Shown: positions 29,796-45,559 of the stretch, in pieces
Layout: every line of letters starts with the position of its first letter
Numbering within the stretch: the first letter of the stretch is position 1
Source of the DNA: the human T2T-CHM13v2.0 reference genome, Homo sapiens
Strand: one strand, 5' to 3'
DNA length: 64,000 nt
Assembly (NCBI RefSeq): GCF_009914755.1
Contig: NC_060937.1
Made by a program: the position numbers and the translations under genes
The notes under the pieces: generated by a model
The model's input: only the letters and a program-made list of their open reading frames with translations
Database searches by the model: none
What the model was told of the DNA's origin: nothing

Positions 29796-30757
29796 GTAGG
29801 GTCCAGCCCTACAGGGCTTAGCAGGTGTTCTCCCCGTGTGCGGAGATGAGAGATTGTAATAAATAAAGACACAGGACAAAGAGATAAAGAGAAAACAGCT
29901 GGGCCCGGGGCACAACTACCATCAAGATGCGGAGACCGGTAGTGGCCCCGAACGGCTGGGCATGCTGATATTTATTGCATACAAGACAAGGGAGGCAGGG
30001 TAAGGAGGGTGAATCTTCTAAGTGGTTGATAAGGTGAAGCAAGTCACATGATCATAGGACAGGGGGCCCTTCCCTTTTAGGTAGCTGAAGCAGAGAAAGA
30101 AGGCAGCATACGTCAGCGTTTTCTTCTATGCACTTATAGGAAAGATCAAAGACTTTAAGACTTTCTCTATTTCTTCTACCGCTATCTACTATGAACTTCA
30201 AAGAGGAACCAGGAGTACGGGAGGAACATGAAAGAGGACAAGGAGCGTGACCACTGAAGCACAGCACCACAGAGAGGGGTTTAGGCCTCCAGATGACTAC
30301 ACGCAGGCCTGGATAATATCCATCCTTCCACAAGAAGCTGGTGGAGCAGAGTGTTCCCTGACTCCTCCAAGGAAAGGAGACTCCCTTTCGCAGTCTGCTA
30401 AATAGTGGGTGTCTTCCCAGATACTGGCATTACCATTTGACCAAGGAGCCCTCAAGTGGCCCTTATGTGGTTGTGACAGAGGGCTCACCTCTTGCCTTCT
30501 AGGTCACGTCTCACAATGTCCCTTCAGCATCTGACCCTATACCCGCCAGTTATTCCTAGGTTATATTAGTAATGCAACAAAGAGTAATATTAAAAGCTAA
30601 TGATTAATAATGTTTATAATAATGATTGATAATTGTCTATGAACATCTCTATATCTAATTTGTATTATGACTATTCGTATTCTATTTTCTTTATTATACT
30701 GAAACAGTTTGTGCCTTCAGTCTCTTGCCTTGGCACGTAGGTAATCTTTTGCCCACA
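29796..30757 (-). mobile_element. Solo LTR of a HERV-K-type (class II, betaretrovirus-like) family, antisense (copy A); 6-bp TSD TTTGGT at 29790-29795 and 30758-30763
   Basis: The plus strand starts TG and ends CA ('tgtagggtcc...ttgcccaca'). The reverse complement aligns along its length with the copy at 36504-37509, including 'ccgcacacggggaga', 'tctttatctctttgtcctgtgtctttatt' and an AATAAA ~175 nt from the 3' end. It is flanked by the direct repeat tttggt. Confidence 0.6.
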
Positions 30758-33285
30758 TTTGGTAGAGAAAACATCTCTACCCTCTGCTTCTTCTTCAACC
30801 CTGTCTTCACCATCCTTGGTTCTTTACTATTCCATATGAAGGGATAATCCATCTTACCTGGTGCTATGAGAAAACACTGCTAGGATTTTAATGAAATTGC
30901 ATTTAATTTATTGATTATTTTACAGGAGAGCTGAACATTTGAAACTGAGATTTTGCATTCATGATGTAGCCTTCCAATTAGTTAAATCTTCATCTATAGC
31001 CCTTAATAAAATTGTTTTAGTTTCTCATTTAAGATGTCCCACGTCTTTATTATACTGATTTCTAAATACCTTAGAGTTTTATTGTTATTGCGAAAGGTGT
31101 GTTTTTTCTATTACATTCTCCAATTGGTGTTGACTATTGCATAGCCGTGCTGTGGATTTTTATATCTTCTTATATTAAACCTCATTAGCTCTCATTGTAA
31201 AGTCTTAAAAATTTTTGTGTGTAGAAAGTTATATTGTCTACCCAAAAAATGTGAAAATTTATGTCTCCTCCTTTCCAATCCTCACTCCTCTTTTTCCATC
31301 TCGTCTTGCAACGTTGGCTGGATCATCAGACCATGCTGAGTGATGGCTATGAGAGAGTCAACTCCCTGCTTTCCACTTTAATGGGACTGCATCTGGAGTT
31401 TCATGGGAAGCTTGAGCTTTGATACAGGCTGGCTGTGGCTGCGTTTTATCAGGTTAAGGTCATCCTTGTAGCTCTTGTTATCTAAGAGCCTCTGCTGGGA
31501 AGGAGGGTAAAATAAACCCAGGCTACATCCTCTGAGATGATGGTAAGTTTCTCTCCTGAGACTTATTGATAAGGCTGAAAATAAGAGTGAGTTTCCTAGT
31601 GATACTTTATGCTTATGTTCCCAGGACAAAGCCTGGATCATCACAACTGAATCATAACTGATTCTGCAGCTGGTTCCCCATCCTCACCCCTGGTGTGACC
31701 AGGCAGGCTGGCCATGTGCTCTGCTGACCACTGGCTCTTGTTGATGATCCCCACCCCCACATATACACATAGCTCAATGGACAAAAATTTCTAGGAAGAG
31801 AGTGGAGCCGTTATCTAGGTATCTATTACCAAAGAGCCTCCCACAGAGGGGTAGTTCCATCAAAAGGAGTAACTGACCCAGGGAATAGGTGTATGTATTT
31901 CTCTCCAGAGCAAAAAGGTTGATGTATACATATCTGTTCCACCAAATAGGCAATCTGGTGACTGTTGGGCTAAGCGTCCAGGGATCTGAGGGCCTCTCTG
32001 GGTTCTCCAAGTGCACTCCTCCCCCAGTGCCAGGATTCAGGGCCTGCCTCCTGAGTGGCTCTCATCCACTCTGTCTCTAGGACAATGCACCCACAGCACC
32101 ATCGGCCCAGCACAGCACCCCCTGCATTCCTTGCTGCCCTCCAATCGCTTGGGTGTCCCATATGATGAGTGCAGCCTAGCAGTGGGGTGGGCAGGGCCGT
32201 GACTGGGCTTCTCGCATCTCTTGTGTTATGTTTATTTCCTCTCCTCAATGCTTCCCACCCCAAAAGAAAAAGGAATGTTCCAGGGCAGAGGATGTGAGTT
32301 GAATTCACACATTGAAGTTAGGGGTACTATTGACAGGGGCAGCGGCTGGACACAGCCGTGGGTCAACAGCGCTTAAAAAGGATTTGAGAGTCGTGAGGCT
32401 CAGGATGGCATCTGAGGCCACAGGAGCATATCTCACTCACTCACACGCCTGCCACGGGGCTGAGGGTGAGCTGATGAAGGAGGGAAGAAAGGAAGGAAGA
32501 ACTGGCAGATAAGTTGGTTTTAAAATGACTTACAATGTTGTGATTCAGTGGTTATTCCCTGAGCCTCCCCTCACCTGCTCTTGACCCCGGACTTACCACG
32601 GAGGTGTCTGGACCATACTCCAGGGGGCGGCTCTGAGCATCCCTCGGTGTCTCCTTTAGCCATTCTCCTTACTCTGCTCCAGTGGTCCCTGAGCAGTCAC
32701 TGCTGTGGGAGAGAAAAGCTATCCTTCTATGTCACTTCGATGCAAAATTTGTGACTCGCAAAATATTAACTGACTGATGTTTAGAGACACGTCATCCTTG
32801 GCAGAATCAGAGGCACAACTTCCCTTGAAAAGCTCGAGGCAGGTGGCTTTGGCCACCTGGCCCTCCTAAAGACATCTGGTCTCTTTCTTTCAAGTCAAGG
32901 GCAGAGACTTGGGGCGTTTGGAGAGAGGTCTGATGTGACTTTCCACTTTAAATCGTGAAAGAGGGATGCTGGAAGCATGGCTTTATCACTCCCTTCTCAA
33001 ATCAACCTACCCACCTCTTCTGAAATGAATGCTGGCTACTGGGTGGGCTGAGTCCTCCCTGCCCCAGACAGGTGGCAGTAGAAAGCGGTTGAGAGTGGCA
33101 GCAACTTGGAAGACTTACAAGGCTTACTCATAAATATGTAGATTGCCTAGTGAGGATGTAGATAATGTACATTGCCTATTGATAAAAGTATCACTAGGCA
33201 ATCTATTTAGAAATACACATGCATATGTATAAATACTACTTTATATATAATGTATATATACATATATGCACATATATATCAGTAA

Positions 33286-33562
<277 letters not shown>

Positions 33563-34299
33563 TTTTGCATTGCATGTGCTTTATTTTGTTGCTCAGATTA
33601 TTCCAGCTCTGGCTATTGGGAGTTCTTTCAGTAGTTCCTGTGTCCCTCCGGCATAATCTCATTCTTGTGGGGTTTTTAAACACTTCTTTACTTCCTGGCA
33701 CTACACGATGCTCTAGGCTTCTTTTGTATAATTCCTACCCCAGCCCTATCTAAGGATTTCTGATTCCTTTTATTGGAGAAAAGCATTAGAAACCAAGATG
33801 TGGGCACTGGGTGTGCTTATTGTGACTAGAGTGTCAACGGAAATTCTGGAGATTAAAAGTATAATAATTAAAGTAGAAAATTTACTAGAGAGGTTTCATG
33901 GTAGATTTGAATTGGCAGAAGAGATAATGAACAAATTAAATGATAAATACAGAGTATTCAATTTGGAGAATAGATAGAAAAAAACTAACACAGCTTCAGT
34001 GAAATGTGGAATACCACTAAGCACCCCAACCTACATGTATTGAGAGTGCCAGAAGGGAGGAGAAATAGAAGAAGGCAGGAAAAGTGCTCAAAGAAATAAT
34101 GGCTAAAAACTTTCCAAATCTGATGAAAAATACTAGCCTCACATCCAGGAAGCTCAATACTGCAAGTGGGATAAAAACAAAGAGAAACACACCCAAACAC
34201 ATCATAATCAAAACGTGAAAGACAAACACAAACAGAAAAGTTTGAAAGCAGTTGATGACAGAAAAATCCAAATTTTGCCAAAATATATTTAAAGAGGTT

Positions 34300-35560
34300 T
34301 ATTCTGGGCTAATTTGTGTGACTATGGTCCAGGTTACACAATCTCAAGAGGTCCTGATAAAGTGTACCTGAGGAGGTTGGGTTATAGTTTGGTTTTATGT
34401 TGGGAACAGGCCCCCAGATCTGGCCATAAACAAAATCTCTGCAGCACTGTGACATGTTCGTGATGGCCATGATGCCCACACTGAAGGTTGTGGGTTTACT
34501 GGAACGAGGGCAAGGAACACCTGGCCCACCCAGGGCGGCGTTCCTAAACCACAAACAATAGGATGAGCGATCTGTGCCTTAAGGGCATGTTCCTGCTGCA
34601 GATAACTAGCCAGAGCCCATCCCTTTGTTTCGGCCCATTCCTTTGTTTCCCATTTTAGTTAATCTATAATCTCTAGAAACAATGCTTATCACTGGCGTTC
34701 TGTCAATAAATATGTGGGTAAAACTCTGTTCATGGCTCTCAGCTCAGAAGGCTGTCAGCCCCCGATTTCCCACTTCACACTTTATATTTCTGTGTGTGTG
34801 TCTTTAATTCCTCTAGTACCACTGGGTTAGGTTCTCCATGACTGAGCTGGCCTTGGCAGTTTTACAGATTTCAGGGAGACAGGAATTGCAGGTAAAATAA
34901 TAAATTGATATGAGAAGGGTGCACATTGGTTTGGCCAGAACAGGTGGGACATCTCAAAGCGGGGGCTTACAAGTCATAGGTGGGTTTAGGGGATTCTTCA
35001 GTTGCCAGTTGGTTGAGACAGTTAAGCTATCGTCTAAGGACTTGAAATCAGTGGAAAGGAATGCCTGAGTTAAGATTAGGAAGTTTTGGAGGCTGAGGTT
35101 ATTATGTAGATGAAGCCTCATGGGTGGCAGCTCTCAGAGATATAATAGTTGGTGAATGACTCTTTTCAGACTTTAAAGGTGTCAGGCTCACAGTTAATCT
35201 CTCCTAGAGCTGAGAAAGCCTGGAAGGGAAAATACCTGGTTATATTCATGGAGATTCTCTGTAGCTGCAAATTTTCCCCATAAAAGATGGTTTTGCAGGG
35301 CCATTTTAATCTGTTGGCACTATGGCAGCCATTTCAAAGTATGTTAAAGAAATATATTTTGTGGTAAAATATTTTTATTAGTATTTCCTTTAGAGTCTGC
35401 TATCTGTCATGTGATAGTATACCAAAGTCAAGTGGAAAGCAAGCCACATTTAATAAAAACCTGTCTGGTGAGATTTTTATGGTTTGTAGAGCAGGACTCC
35501 CCAGTCCCCTTTAGATAGGAATTTGGGCAAGAGAAAAAAAGGTCCCTATTTAGTCCTCAC
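34300..35560. other. Unclassified ~1.26-kb insertion interrupting the old L1; possibly an LTR-like element
   Basis: Breaks L1 ORF1 colinearity. Contains 'ctgtcaataaatatgtgggtaaaactctgttcatggctctcagctc', an AATAAA followed by an R-region-like segment. I do not recognise the family. Confidence 0.2.
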
Positions 35561-36358
35561 AGCAAGAGAAAAAAACAAAAAACAATTCATGCGAAGGGAC
35601 ACCAATAAGATTAACAACTAACTTCATTAGAAATAATAGAAGCCAGATGGCAGTGGAATGAAATAGTGTTGAAAGACAAAACACGGTCAACCAAATATCT
35701 TATTTCCAGCAAAACCATCTTGAAATATAAAGGTGAAATAAAGACATTCCCAGATAAAAACTGAGATAATTTATTGCTAGCAAATCTGCCTTACAAGAAA
35801 TACTAAAGGAAGTTCTTCAGACTGAAAACAAGCAACACAAGACAGTAATTCAAATCCACACAAATAAACAAAAGTGTCAGTAGACTGCATAATTGCATAC
35901 CTTCGCTTTATTTTCTTGCCTTACTTAAAAAGTAATTACATAAAACAATATATGTAATATAAAAGTGTATTGTTGGGCCTCAAAATGGCCTCAAAAAATG
36001 GGGAGAGAATGGAGGAATATAAGGGTAAAGCTATATTTCTCTGGAAATGTCAGAATAAACTTGATATATTAAGATATATACTGTAAGCCCTAGGGAAACC
36101 ACTTAAAAAACCCTCAAAATATAATATAAAATTTATTTAAGAAATTAGTGATGTCTAGTGTTACATTAGAAAATATCTACTTAATACAAAATAAAACAAT
36201 AAAGGAGAAATCATGTAACAAAGATGATAAGAGACCTATAGAAAAAGGTAAAATGTCAAATGTCAATCTAACTATATTGATCATAACATTAAATATGAAA
36301 GAATTAAACACTCCAATCAAAAGGCAGAGATTGTCAGGTTGAATTTTTAAGAGATTGA

Positions 36359-36503
36359 GGCCAGGCACGGTGGCTCACACCTGTAATCCCAGCACTTTGG
36401 GAGGCTGAGACAGGCAGATCACGAGGTCAGGAGATTGAGACCATCCTGGCTAACATGATGAAATCCCATCTCTACTAAAAATACAAAAAATTAGCCAGGC
36501 GTG
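36359..36503 (+). mobile_element. Alu, left part (split by LTR insertion)
   Basis: 'ggccaggcacggtggctcacacctgtaatcccagcactttgggaggctgagacaggcagatcacgaggtcaggagattgagaccatcctggctaacatgatgaaatcccatctctactaaaaatacaaaaaattagccaggcgtg'. Confidence 0.85.
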
Positions 36504-37509
36504 TGTGGGCGGCAAGCCACCCAGGTGCTGAGGCAAGAGACAGAGGACACGAGCTGTTCCAGTATAATAAAATATAAAACAAGAATAGTTATACCAGATA
36601 TAGATCTTAGATATGATTATATATGAATATCATTAATCATTAGTTTGTAGCAATTACTTTTTATTCCAATATTATAATAATCCTCGCTTTATAATCATAG
36701 CCAAGGAAAAACCAGGCCATACGGAGATAGGAGCTGAGGGGACAGTGAGAAGTGACCAGAAGACAAGAGTGCGAGCCTTCTGTTATGCCCAGACAGGGCC
36801 ACCAGAAGGGCTACTTGGTCTAGCAGTGACGCCAGCGTCTGGGAAGATGCCCATTGCCAGGCAGACCGTGGTCTAGCGGTAGCGAAAAGTGTCAAGGAAC
36901 AACACCAGCTGCTTAGCAGACCGGGAAAGGGAGGCTCCCTTTCCCTGGGGGAGTTTAGAGAACACTCTGCTCCTCCACCTCTTGTGGAGGGCCTGACATT
37001 AGTCAGGCTTGCCTGCAGTTATCCGGAGGCCTAACCATCTCCCTGTGATGCTGTGCTTCAGTGGTCATGCTCCTAGTCCGCCTTCATGTTCCATCCTGTA
37101 CACCTGGATCTGCCTTCTAGATAGCAGTAGTCAATTAGTGAAAGTACTAAAAGTCTCTGATATGCAGAAATAATGGCATAAGCTGTCTTTCTCTCTGTCT
37201 CCTCTCCCTCTCTGCCTCAGCTGCCAGGCAGGGAAGGGCCCCCTGTCCAGTGGATACATGACCCACGTGACCTTACCTACCATTGGAGATGACTCACACT
37301 CTTTACCCTGCCCCTTTTGCTTTGTATCCAATAAATAACAGCGCAGCCAGACATTCGGGGCCACTACCGGCCTCTGCGCATTGGTGGTAGTGGTCCCCCA
37401 GGCCCAGCTGCCTTTTCTTTTATCTCTTTGTCTTGTGTCTTTATTTCTACACTCTCTCATCGCCGCACACGGGGAGAGACCCACCAACCCTGTGGGGCTG
37501 GTCCCTACA
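36504..37509 (+). mobile_element. Solo LTR of the same HERV-K-type family (copy B), sense; inserted into an Alu with a 6-bp TSD GGCGTG (36498-36503 and 37510-37515)
   Basis: Starts 'tgtgggcggcaag' and ends '...ccctgtggggctggtccctaca'. AATAAA at ~37330, about 179 nt before the 3' end as in HERV-K LTRs. The Alu sequence is continuous across the insertion apart from the duplicated ggcgtg. Confidence 0.65.
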
Positions 37510-37680
<171 letters not shown>

Positions 37681-37838
37681 AAACTACATGTTGTTTACAA
37701 GAGACACATTTTATATGCAAAGATACAAATGGGTTGAAAGAAAGGGTGGAAAAGAATACACCATATAAACAACAATTATAAAAGACTTGGAGTGGCTTTC
37801 CTATGATCAGACAAAATAGGCTTTAAAACAAATGAGTG

Positions 37839-38182
<344 letters not shown>

Positions 38183-39753
38183 TCAACTTATAAAGAAGAT
38201 ATAACAATTATAAATGTATATGCAACTAGCAAGACAGCCCAAAAACATTTGAGATAAAACTGACAGAACTAAAATGGGAAATAATTGATCATTCCAACAA
38301 TAATAGTTAGGGACTTTAATACCCCACTTTCAATAATGAATAGAACAACTAAGGCAGAAGACCAATACGGAAAGAGAAGAATTGAACAACACTGTAAACA
38401 ACTAGACCTAATAAACACCAGTGAATATGCCACCAACAACTGTAGAATATGCATTCTTCTCCTGTACACATGGAACATTTCTTGGAATAGACCAATAAAC
38501 ACAATTGTCTTGAGTTAGACATTTAAGCACACCCCAATAAACTTAAAATTATTTAAATGATACAAAATATTTTCTCCACTCACAATGAAATTAAATTAGA
38601 AATCAATAATAAAAGCAAATTTAAAATTCACAAATAGTGGGAAATAATACACTTCCAAATAACCAATGTGTCAAAGAGGAAATTTCAAGGGATATTGGAA
38701 AATTCATTTAGATGAATAAAAATGAAAACACAGCATACCAAAACTTATGAGATGCAAATAAGCAAATAAAGATGCTCAGAGAAAATTTATACCTCTACCT
38801 ATATTTCAAAAGAAGAAAGATCTCCAATTAATTACCTAACCTTCCAATTTCAGAAAGTAGAAAAGCAAGAGTAAACTAAAACCAAAGCAAAGCAAAGGAA
38901 GGAAGTAATAAAGATTAGAATAGAAATAAAGGAAATAAAGAATATAACACAATAAAGTCAACAAAGTCTAAGGTTTTGTTCTTTTGAACACAGGTTTTGT
39001 TCTTTGAAAAGATGAACAAAAGTGACAAATCTTTAGCTATACTGGCCATGAAAAAAAGAGAGAAGACTCAAACCGCTAAAATCTATAAGATTACTGATCT
39101 TACAGAAATAAAAAGGAGAATAAGGGAATGCTACAAACAACTGTCTGCCACCAAATTATATAATTTAGAAGAAATAGACAAATTCCTGGAAAGAGAAAAC
39201 TACCACAACCGGTTCAAGATAAAAATAGAAAACCTTAATAGACTTATAACAAGTAAAGAGATTGAATTAGAATTAAAAACCAAATTGAAACATAGAAAAC
39301 CTCCCATTAAGAAAAGCCCAGGTCCTAGATTAACTGCCAAATTCTATCAAATGTTCTTAGAATTAGTATCAATCTATAAGTTCAGTATTAGCCTGATACG
39401 AAAACCTGACAAAGATATCATAAGAAAAACAAAAACAAAAAAACTCTGGTGAATTCTCTTCTGAATAGAGATGGGAAAATCCTTGAAAAAAATACCAGCA
39501 AACTAAATCCAGCAACATATAAAAAGGAGTATGTACCATGACCAAGTGGGATTTATCCCAGGAACACAAGGTTAATTTATCATTAAAAAATCAATTAATG
39601 TAACACACCATATTAATAGACTAAGGGACAAAAATCATGTTATCATCTCAATGCAGCAAAAGTATTTAATAAGCAACATTTTTTGTGATAAAAAAATTCA
39701 ACAAACTAGAAATAAAAGAGAACTTCCGCAATCTGATAAAAAGCATGTACATG

Positions 39754-40188
<435 letters not shown>

Positions 40189-42379
40189 TTAGGAAAGGAA
40201 ATGAAATAAAAGCATTCGGATTAGAAAAGAAGACGTAAAACTATCTCTGTTTGCAAATAATATGTTGAATGCAAAAAACACCTCAAAGAATCCACAAAAT
40301 AAAAATTATTAGAGCTAATAAATGGCTTAAACAAATTTGAAGGATATAAGATTAACATATTAAGACAAAAATCAGTGTATTTCTGTACACTAGAAATGAA
40401 CATTGAAAATAAAATTAGGAGAAAAATACATTTATAATTGCATTCAAAACATGAAATACTTAAGTATAAATTAAACAAAATAAGCATAAACCTTGTACAC
40501 TGAAAACTGTAAACATTGGTGAAAGAAACTGAAAACAATCAAAATTAATGGAGACATACCATCTTCATGGGTCAGAAGATTTAATATTGTTAAAATGACA
40601 GTACTGCCCAAATCAACCTGCAGAGTCATCTCAATTCGTATCAAAATCCCAACTGACTGTTTTATAGAAATTGACAAACTGACTATAAAATTCATATGGA
40701 AACACAAGGGACTCAGAATAACAAGGAAAACAAATTGAAAAGAAAGGATAAAGTTGAAAGACTCACACTTCCTGATTTCAAAACTTACTACAAAGTGACA
40801 GTAACCGAGACAATGTGATACTGTCATGAAGACAGACATACAAATCAATAGAATAGAATTGAGAGTCCAGAAATTAACCTTTTCATTCATCGTCAATTGG
40901 TTTTCAACAAGGTGCTGAGACGGTTAAGTGGGGGAAAGAAGTGTCTTCTCAATAAATGACTTTGAACAGCTGTATTTCTATATGCAAAGGAATGAATAAC
41001 TTCTAACTGATACCATACACAAAAATTAAAACTCAAAATGGATCATAGACCTCAATGTCTATGAGATAAAAGAGTTTAAACTACAAAACTCTTAGAAGAA
41101 AACATGAAAGTCAACCTTCATGACCTTGGGTTAGGCAATGGTTTCTTAAATAGGACACCAAGAGCACAAAAACATCAACCAAAAATAGATAAACTGGGCC
41201 AATCAAAATTTAAACTTTTATGCTGCAAATAATACCACCAAGAAAGCAAAAGTCCACCACCATAGAATTGGAGAAAATATTTTCAAATCATAGATCTGGT
41301 AGAAGTCTTATATCCACTATATATTTAAAAATCCTTATAGCTCAATAACAAAAAGACAAAAAATACCATTTAAAAGGGGACAAAGGACTTAAATAGACAT
41401 TTCTTCAAAGTAAATATACAAAAGGCCAATAAGCGCATGAAAAGCTGCATAATATCTTTCCTCATCAGGGAGGTACAAACCAAAACCACAACCAGATTCT
41501 ACTCCACATCCTGAGGACGCCTAGGATCAAGAAGACAGATAATGACAGCTGCAGATGAGGATGTGAAGGAACTGGAAGCCTGTTTTGCTGATGGGGTTGC
41601 AACATGCTGCAGCTGCTTTGGAAACAGGTTGGCGATTTCTTATAATGTTAAACATAGATTTACAATATGACTTGGTAATTCCACTCTTAAGTGTATATAC
41701 CCAAAATAAATGAAAACACATGTCCACAATTTTACATGCAAATTTTCATAGCAGCACTATTCATAATAGACAAAAATTGAAATAACTTAAATATTCATCA
41801 ACCAATAAATGAATAAATAAAATGCATTATATCACTACAAAGAAATATTATTTGGCAATGAAAAGGAAATAAAATACTGACACATTCCACAAAATGTTGA
41901 CAGGGATGAACCTTGAAAACACACTAAGTGCAAGAAGTTGGTAACAAAGAGCCACATATTATAGGATTGCATTTGTAATGAAGTGTTTAAAACAGGCCAA
42001 TCCATAGAGACAGAAAATGGATTAGAATTTGCTTAGAGCTGGGAAGTGGGCAGAGAGGAATATGAGTGACTGTTAATGGATAAAGGTTTTCTTTTATGAG
42101 AAACAAAAATGTTCTAAAGTTAGATTATGATGATGGTTGCACAACCCTGTGAATATACTGAAACACATCAATTTGTACACTTTAGGTGACTCACATGGTA
42201 TGCAAATTATATCTCCATGATACTGTTTCTTTTTAAAAAAAACATCACCAGGTTTAAACAGGTCAAAGCTGGCTTTCTTTACATAATAGTAAAAATAATT
42301 TCAATGTTATTTTGAACATTCTGGGACATGGGAAAAGATGGGAAATTTTAATTGTGTAAGTGAAACTTTAATTGTATAA

Positions 42380-42700
42380 TTAAAAGAGAACAGAAAAAGA
42401 TAATTATAAACTGACTCACAATATACATGCAAAAAGAATCTGAATAAAATATTAGCAAATAGAATCCAGAAATATATTTCTAAAAATCCACTATGACCAA
42501 GTATTCTGTATCTTTTTTCAGGAATACAAGAGAGTTCAATACCAAGAAACTAGCTACAAAATTTAGTATATCCATTGACCATATGATCCCATCAATAGAC
42601 ACAGAAAAAGCATTTGAGAAAACTCAGCAATTGGTTCTGCAAAAAAAGTCTTGAGAAAAGTAATACTAAAAAGAAACTACTACAAAAGAGATCTCAAAAC
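42380..42700 (+). mobile_element. L1 ORF2 (RT N-terminal region) fragment
   Basis: 'aatattagcaaatagaatccagaaatatatttctaaaaatccactatgaccaagt...ccatcaatagacacagaaaaagcatttgagaaaactcagcaa'. Confidence 0.5.
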
Positions 42701-43299
42701 CCGGCAGCAATTTGCAGCGGAATTGTTCTCCCATGGTGCCTCTACCATGTTGCACCTCTCCTTACAGGCCTCCTAGAGGAGGCTTGACCACAGTCTAAGC
42801 TGAGTCCTGGGCATGATTTCTCCTGAAGCAAGGGGAGATTAGCCTGGGGAGGAGTCAGTGAGGGCAGCCCCCGATCCGCATGAGAATGCCTCCTCCAAGG
42901 TTTGCTCATCCATCTCCCCAGTTTCCATTGAGCACAAAGCTCTTCCTCACCACTCCCCTGTCCTGTGGAGCTGCCGGCTTCCGTGTAGTCTGTACAAATG
43001 CTTGGCTGTAGTTTAGAGAGGACTCCTCAATCGCAGAGTGACCCACCACTCAAGCCGGCCATCACCTGAGCTTTCTGTTTCAGTCGACCTTTGGAGTAGG
43101 GGCCCAGGGACCTGATACCACACTGCTCGTGGCTTTGCTGTCTGTGTGAGTCATAAACTGTCTTGATTCCTCTTGGGCGCACTGTCTTCTTGGCAGCCAG
43201 GTCTATGGGAATGAGGCCTGCTGACCTCACAGCCGCAGCCATGCTCCCTTTCGGGATGACTTGGCCGCCTGACACAGATGATATCCAAATCATGAAACA

Positions 43300-43620
43300 C
43301 CAAACTAATACAATTAAAACCAGAACTTAGCCAGGAAGGCCCACTATTCTTGTTTGATATTGCACTGAGGGTTCAAGCAGATGCAAATGGCCAAGAAAAT
43401 AAAACATATAATTTAAGCATTGGAAAAGATACAGCTACTAGTTATTACAACCCAGATATTGTATTAAAAATAAGAATTAAAAATAAAATGTGATAGGATG
43501 AGACGATGTCATAGAGTTATGCAGAAACCAATGCATTATCTCTTTTCAAGTGATAGGCAACTAGAAACGGAAAGGGGAAGAATCAGTCTGTTCGCAACAG
43601 TGACAAAACCGTGAGCTACT
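43300..43620 (+). mobile_element. L1 ORF2 fragment
   Basis: 'ccaggaaggcccactattcttgtttgatattgcactgagggttcaagcagatgcaa...' is recognisable mid-ORF2 L1 sequence. Confidence 0.4.
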
Positions 43621-44767
43621 TAGGGATCAGAGGAACAGGACCCAGGAACTGTGTGCCTGGCATCTGCTCACAGCCACTCAGAGCCATTTTCTGTCCCGCC
43701 CTGCTCCATACTCTAGTCTCCCTTCCCCTCTGTCTTCCAGTAGATTTGGTCAATGGATGGTGCTGACCCAAGATTGAAGGGTGGGATGAAAGGACACACG
43801 AAGCCCTCCTCTCCCTCTCTCTGTTCCAGTGGGACCTCCAGCTGCAGCTGGGTCTCCTCGGTGGTTGTGGGCTCCCACCTGAAAGCCCCTTTCTCCATGG
43901 TCCCAGATGGGGCTGAAGTCTTAATATGATTAGAGCATGCTCCACACTGACCCTCCAGGCCCAGCCCTGGGGTAGAAGTATCCTCACCACCATACAGATT
44001 AACCCCTACAATCAGTTCCTTGCATTAAATTCCCTCTGCTTGAAAGATCTAGAGAGATTTCCAGTTTCCAGGTCAGAGCCTGACTAATACAATCCCTATG
44101 GAAAAAAATGATAAAATCTTATTTAAAGACACAAAACAGACACATTTTTCTGGATAAGAACTTTCAATTTAAAAATGTTAATTTTCCTGAAATTTATCTT
44201 TAAGTCGAATGCCATTTCATTAGATTCCCAATAAAGTTTTGGGGGTTTTGGTGTGGTCTTGGTGGGTAGAATTAATGTTGACATTTTTAAGGGAGGATAA
44301 ATACTCATGCAAGATGAGACAACCCTGCCACTGTTCACACATTGACAACACCCCATGGGTTGGGACAGAAAACCACAAAATGGCCTCAGGATAAGCAAGA
44401 AGGTACGACCAAGCTTCATTTGTTTCAGGGTAAAAGGAAGCACCATTTAATTAATGGGACTAGCACACCCAGCGGCAAGCTAGAAGAAAATAAAAGTGGA
44501 TCCACTCCTTCATCTTAATCAGAAATAAATTCTAAGTGGATTAAAGACTTTAATGTAAAAGAAGTAAGATAAAATAAAAATACTGCAAGAAAATCTGGAA
44601 GACCATGCCATCTAGGGTAAGGATTCCTCATTAAGCAAGACTGAAAACTCAGAAGTTCTTAGAAGATAGTATAAACACGCTGAACTATAAAACAATTTAA
44701 AGCTCATCTATGAATAGATACCTAAAACCAAGTCAACAGCCAAAGTATAAGTTTAGAAAAACAAAAA

Positions 44768-45197
<430 letters not shown>

Positions 45198-45559
45198 TCA
45201 CAAGAGTAAATCCAAACGGTTAACATCATATAAGAAATGTTCAAAATTACCAATAATTGGTGAAATACAAGTTAAAGTCACAAGCGGCTGTCACTTAAAA
45301 CCCACCTGACTCGCAAATTAAAAGAAAAGGGCAGCGCGACGGATTTGGGGAGAGAATTTGAAGAAGAGAGAGCGTGCATCGCTGCTGCTGGGAAGCGGAA
45401 TTCGGCAGCATTTTTGGAAGGTTATCTAAGAATGTCAGTTCAAAGAAACACCGTCTATGCTTCTTAACCTCCAAATCCCATTTTGTAGTATCTGCTTGGG
45501 CAGCCACAGCACAGCAGCGCAGATGGCGCCTTACACGGCAGGAAGAGATTCTCTCACGC

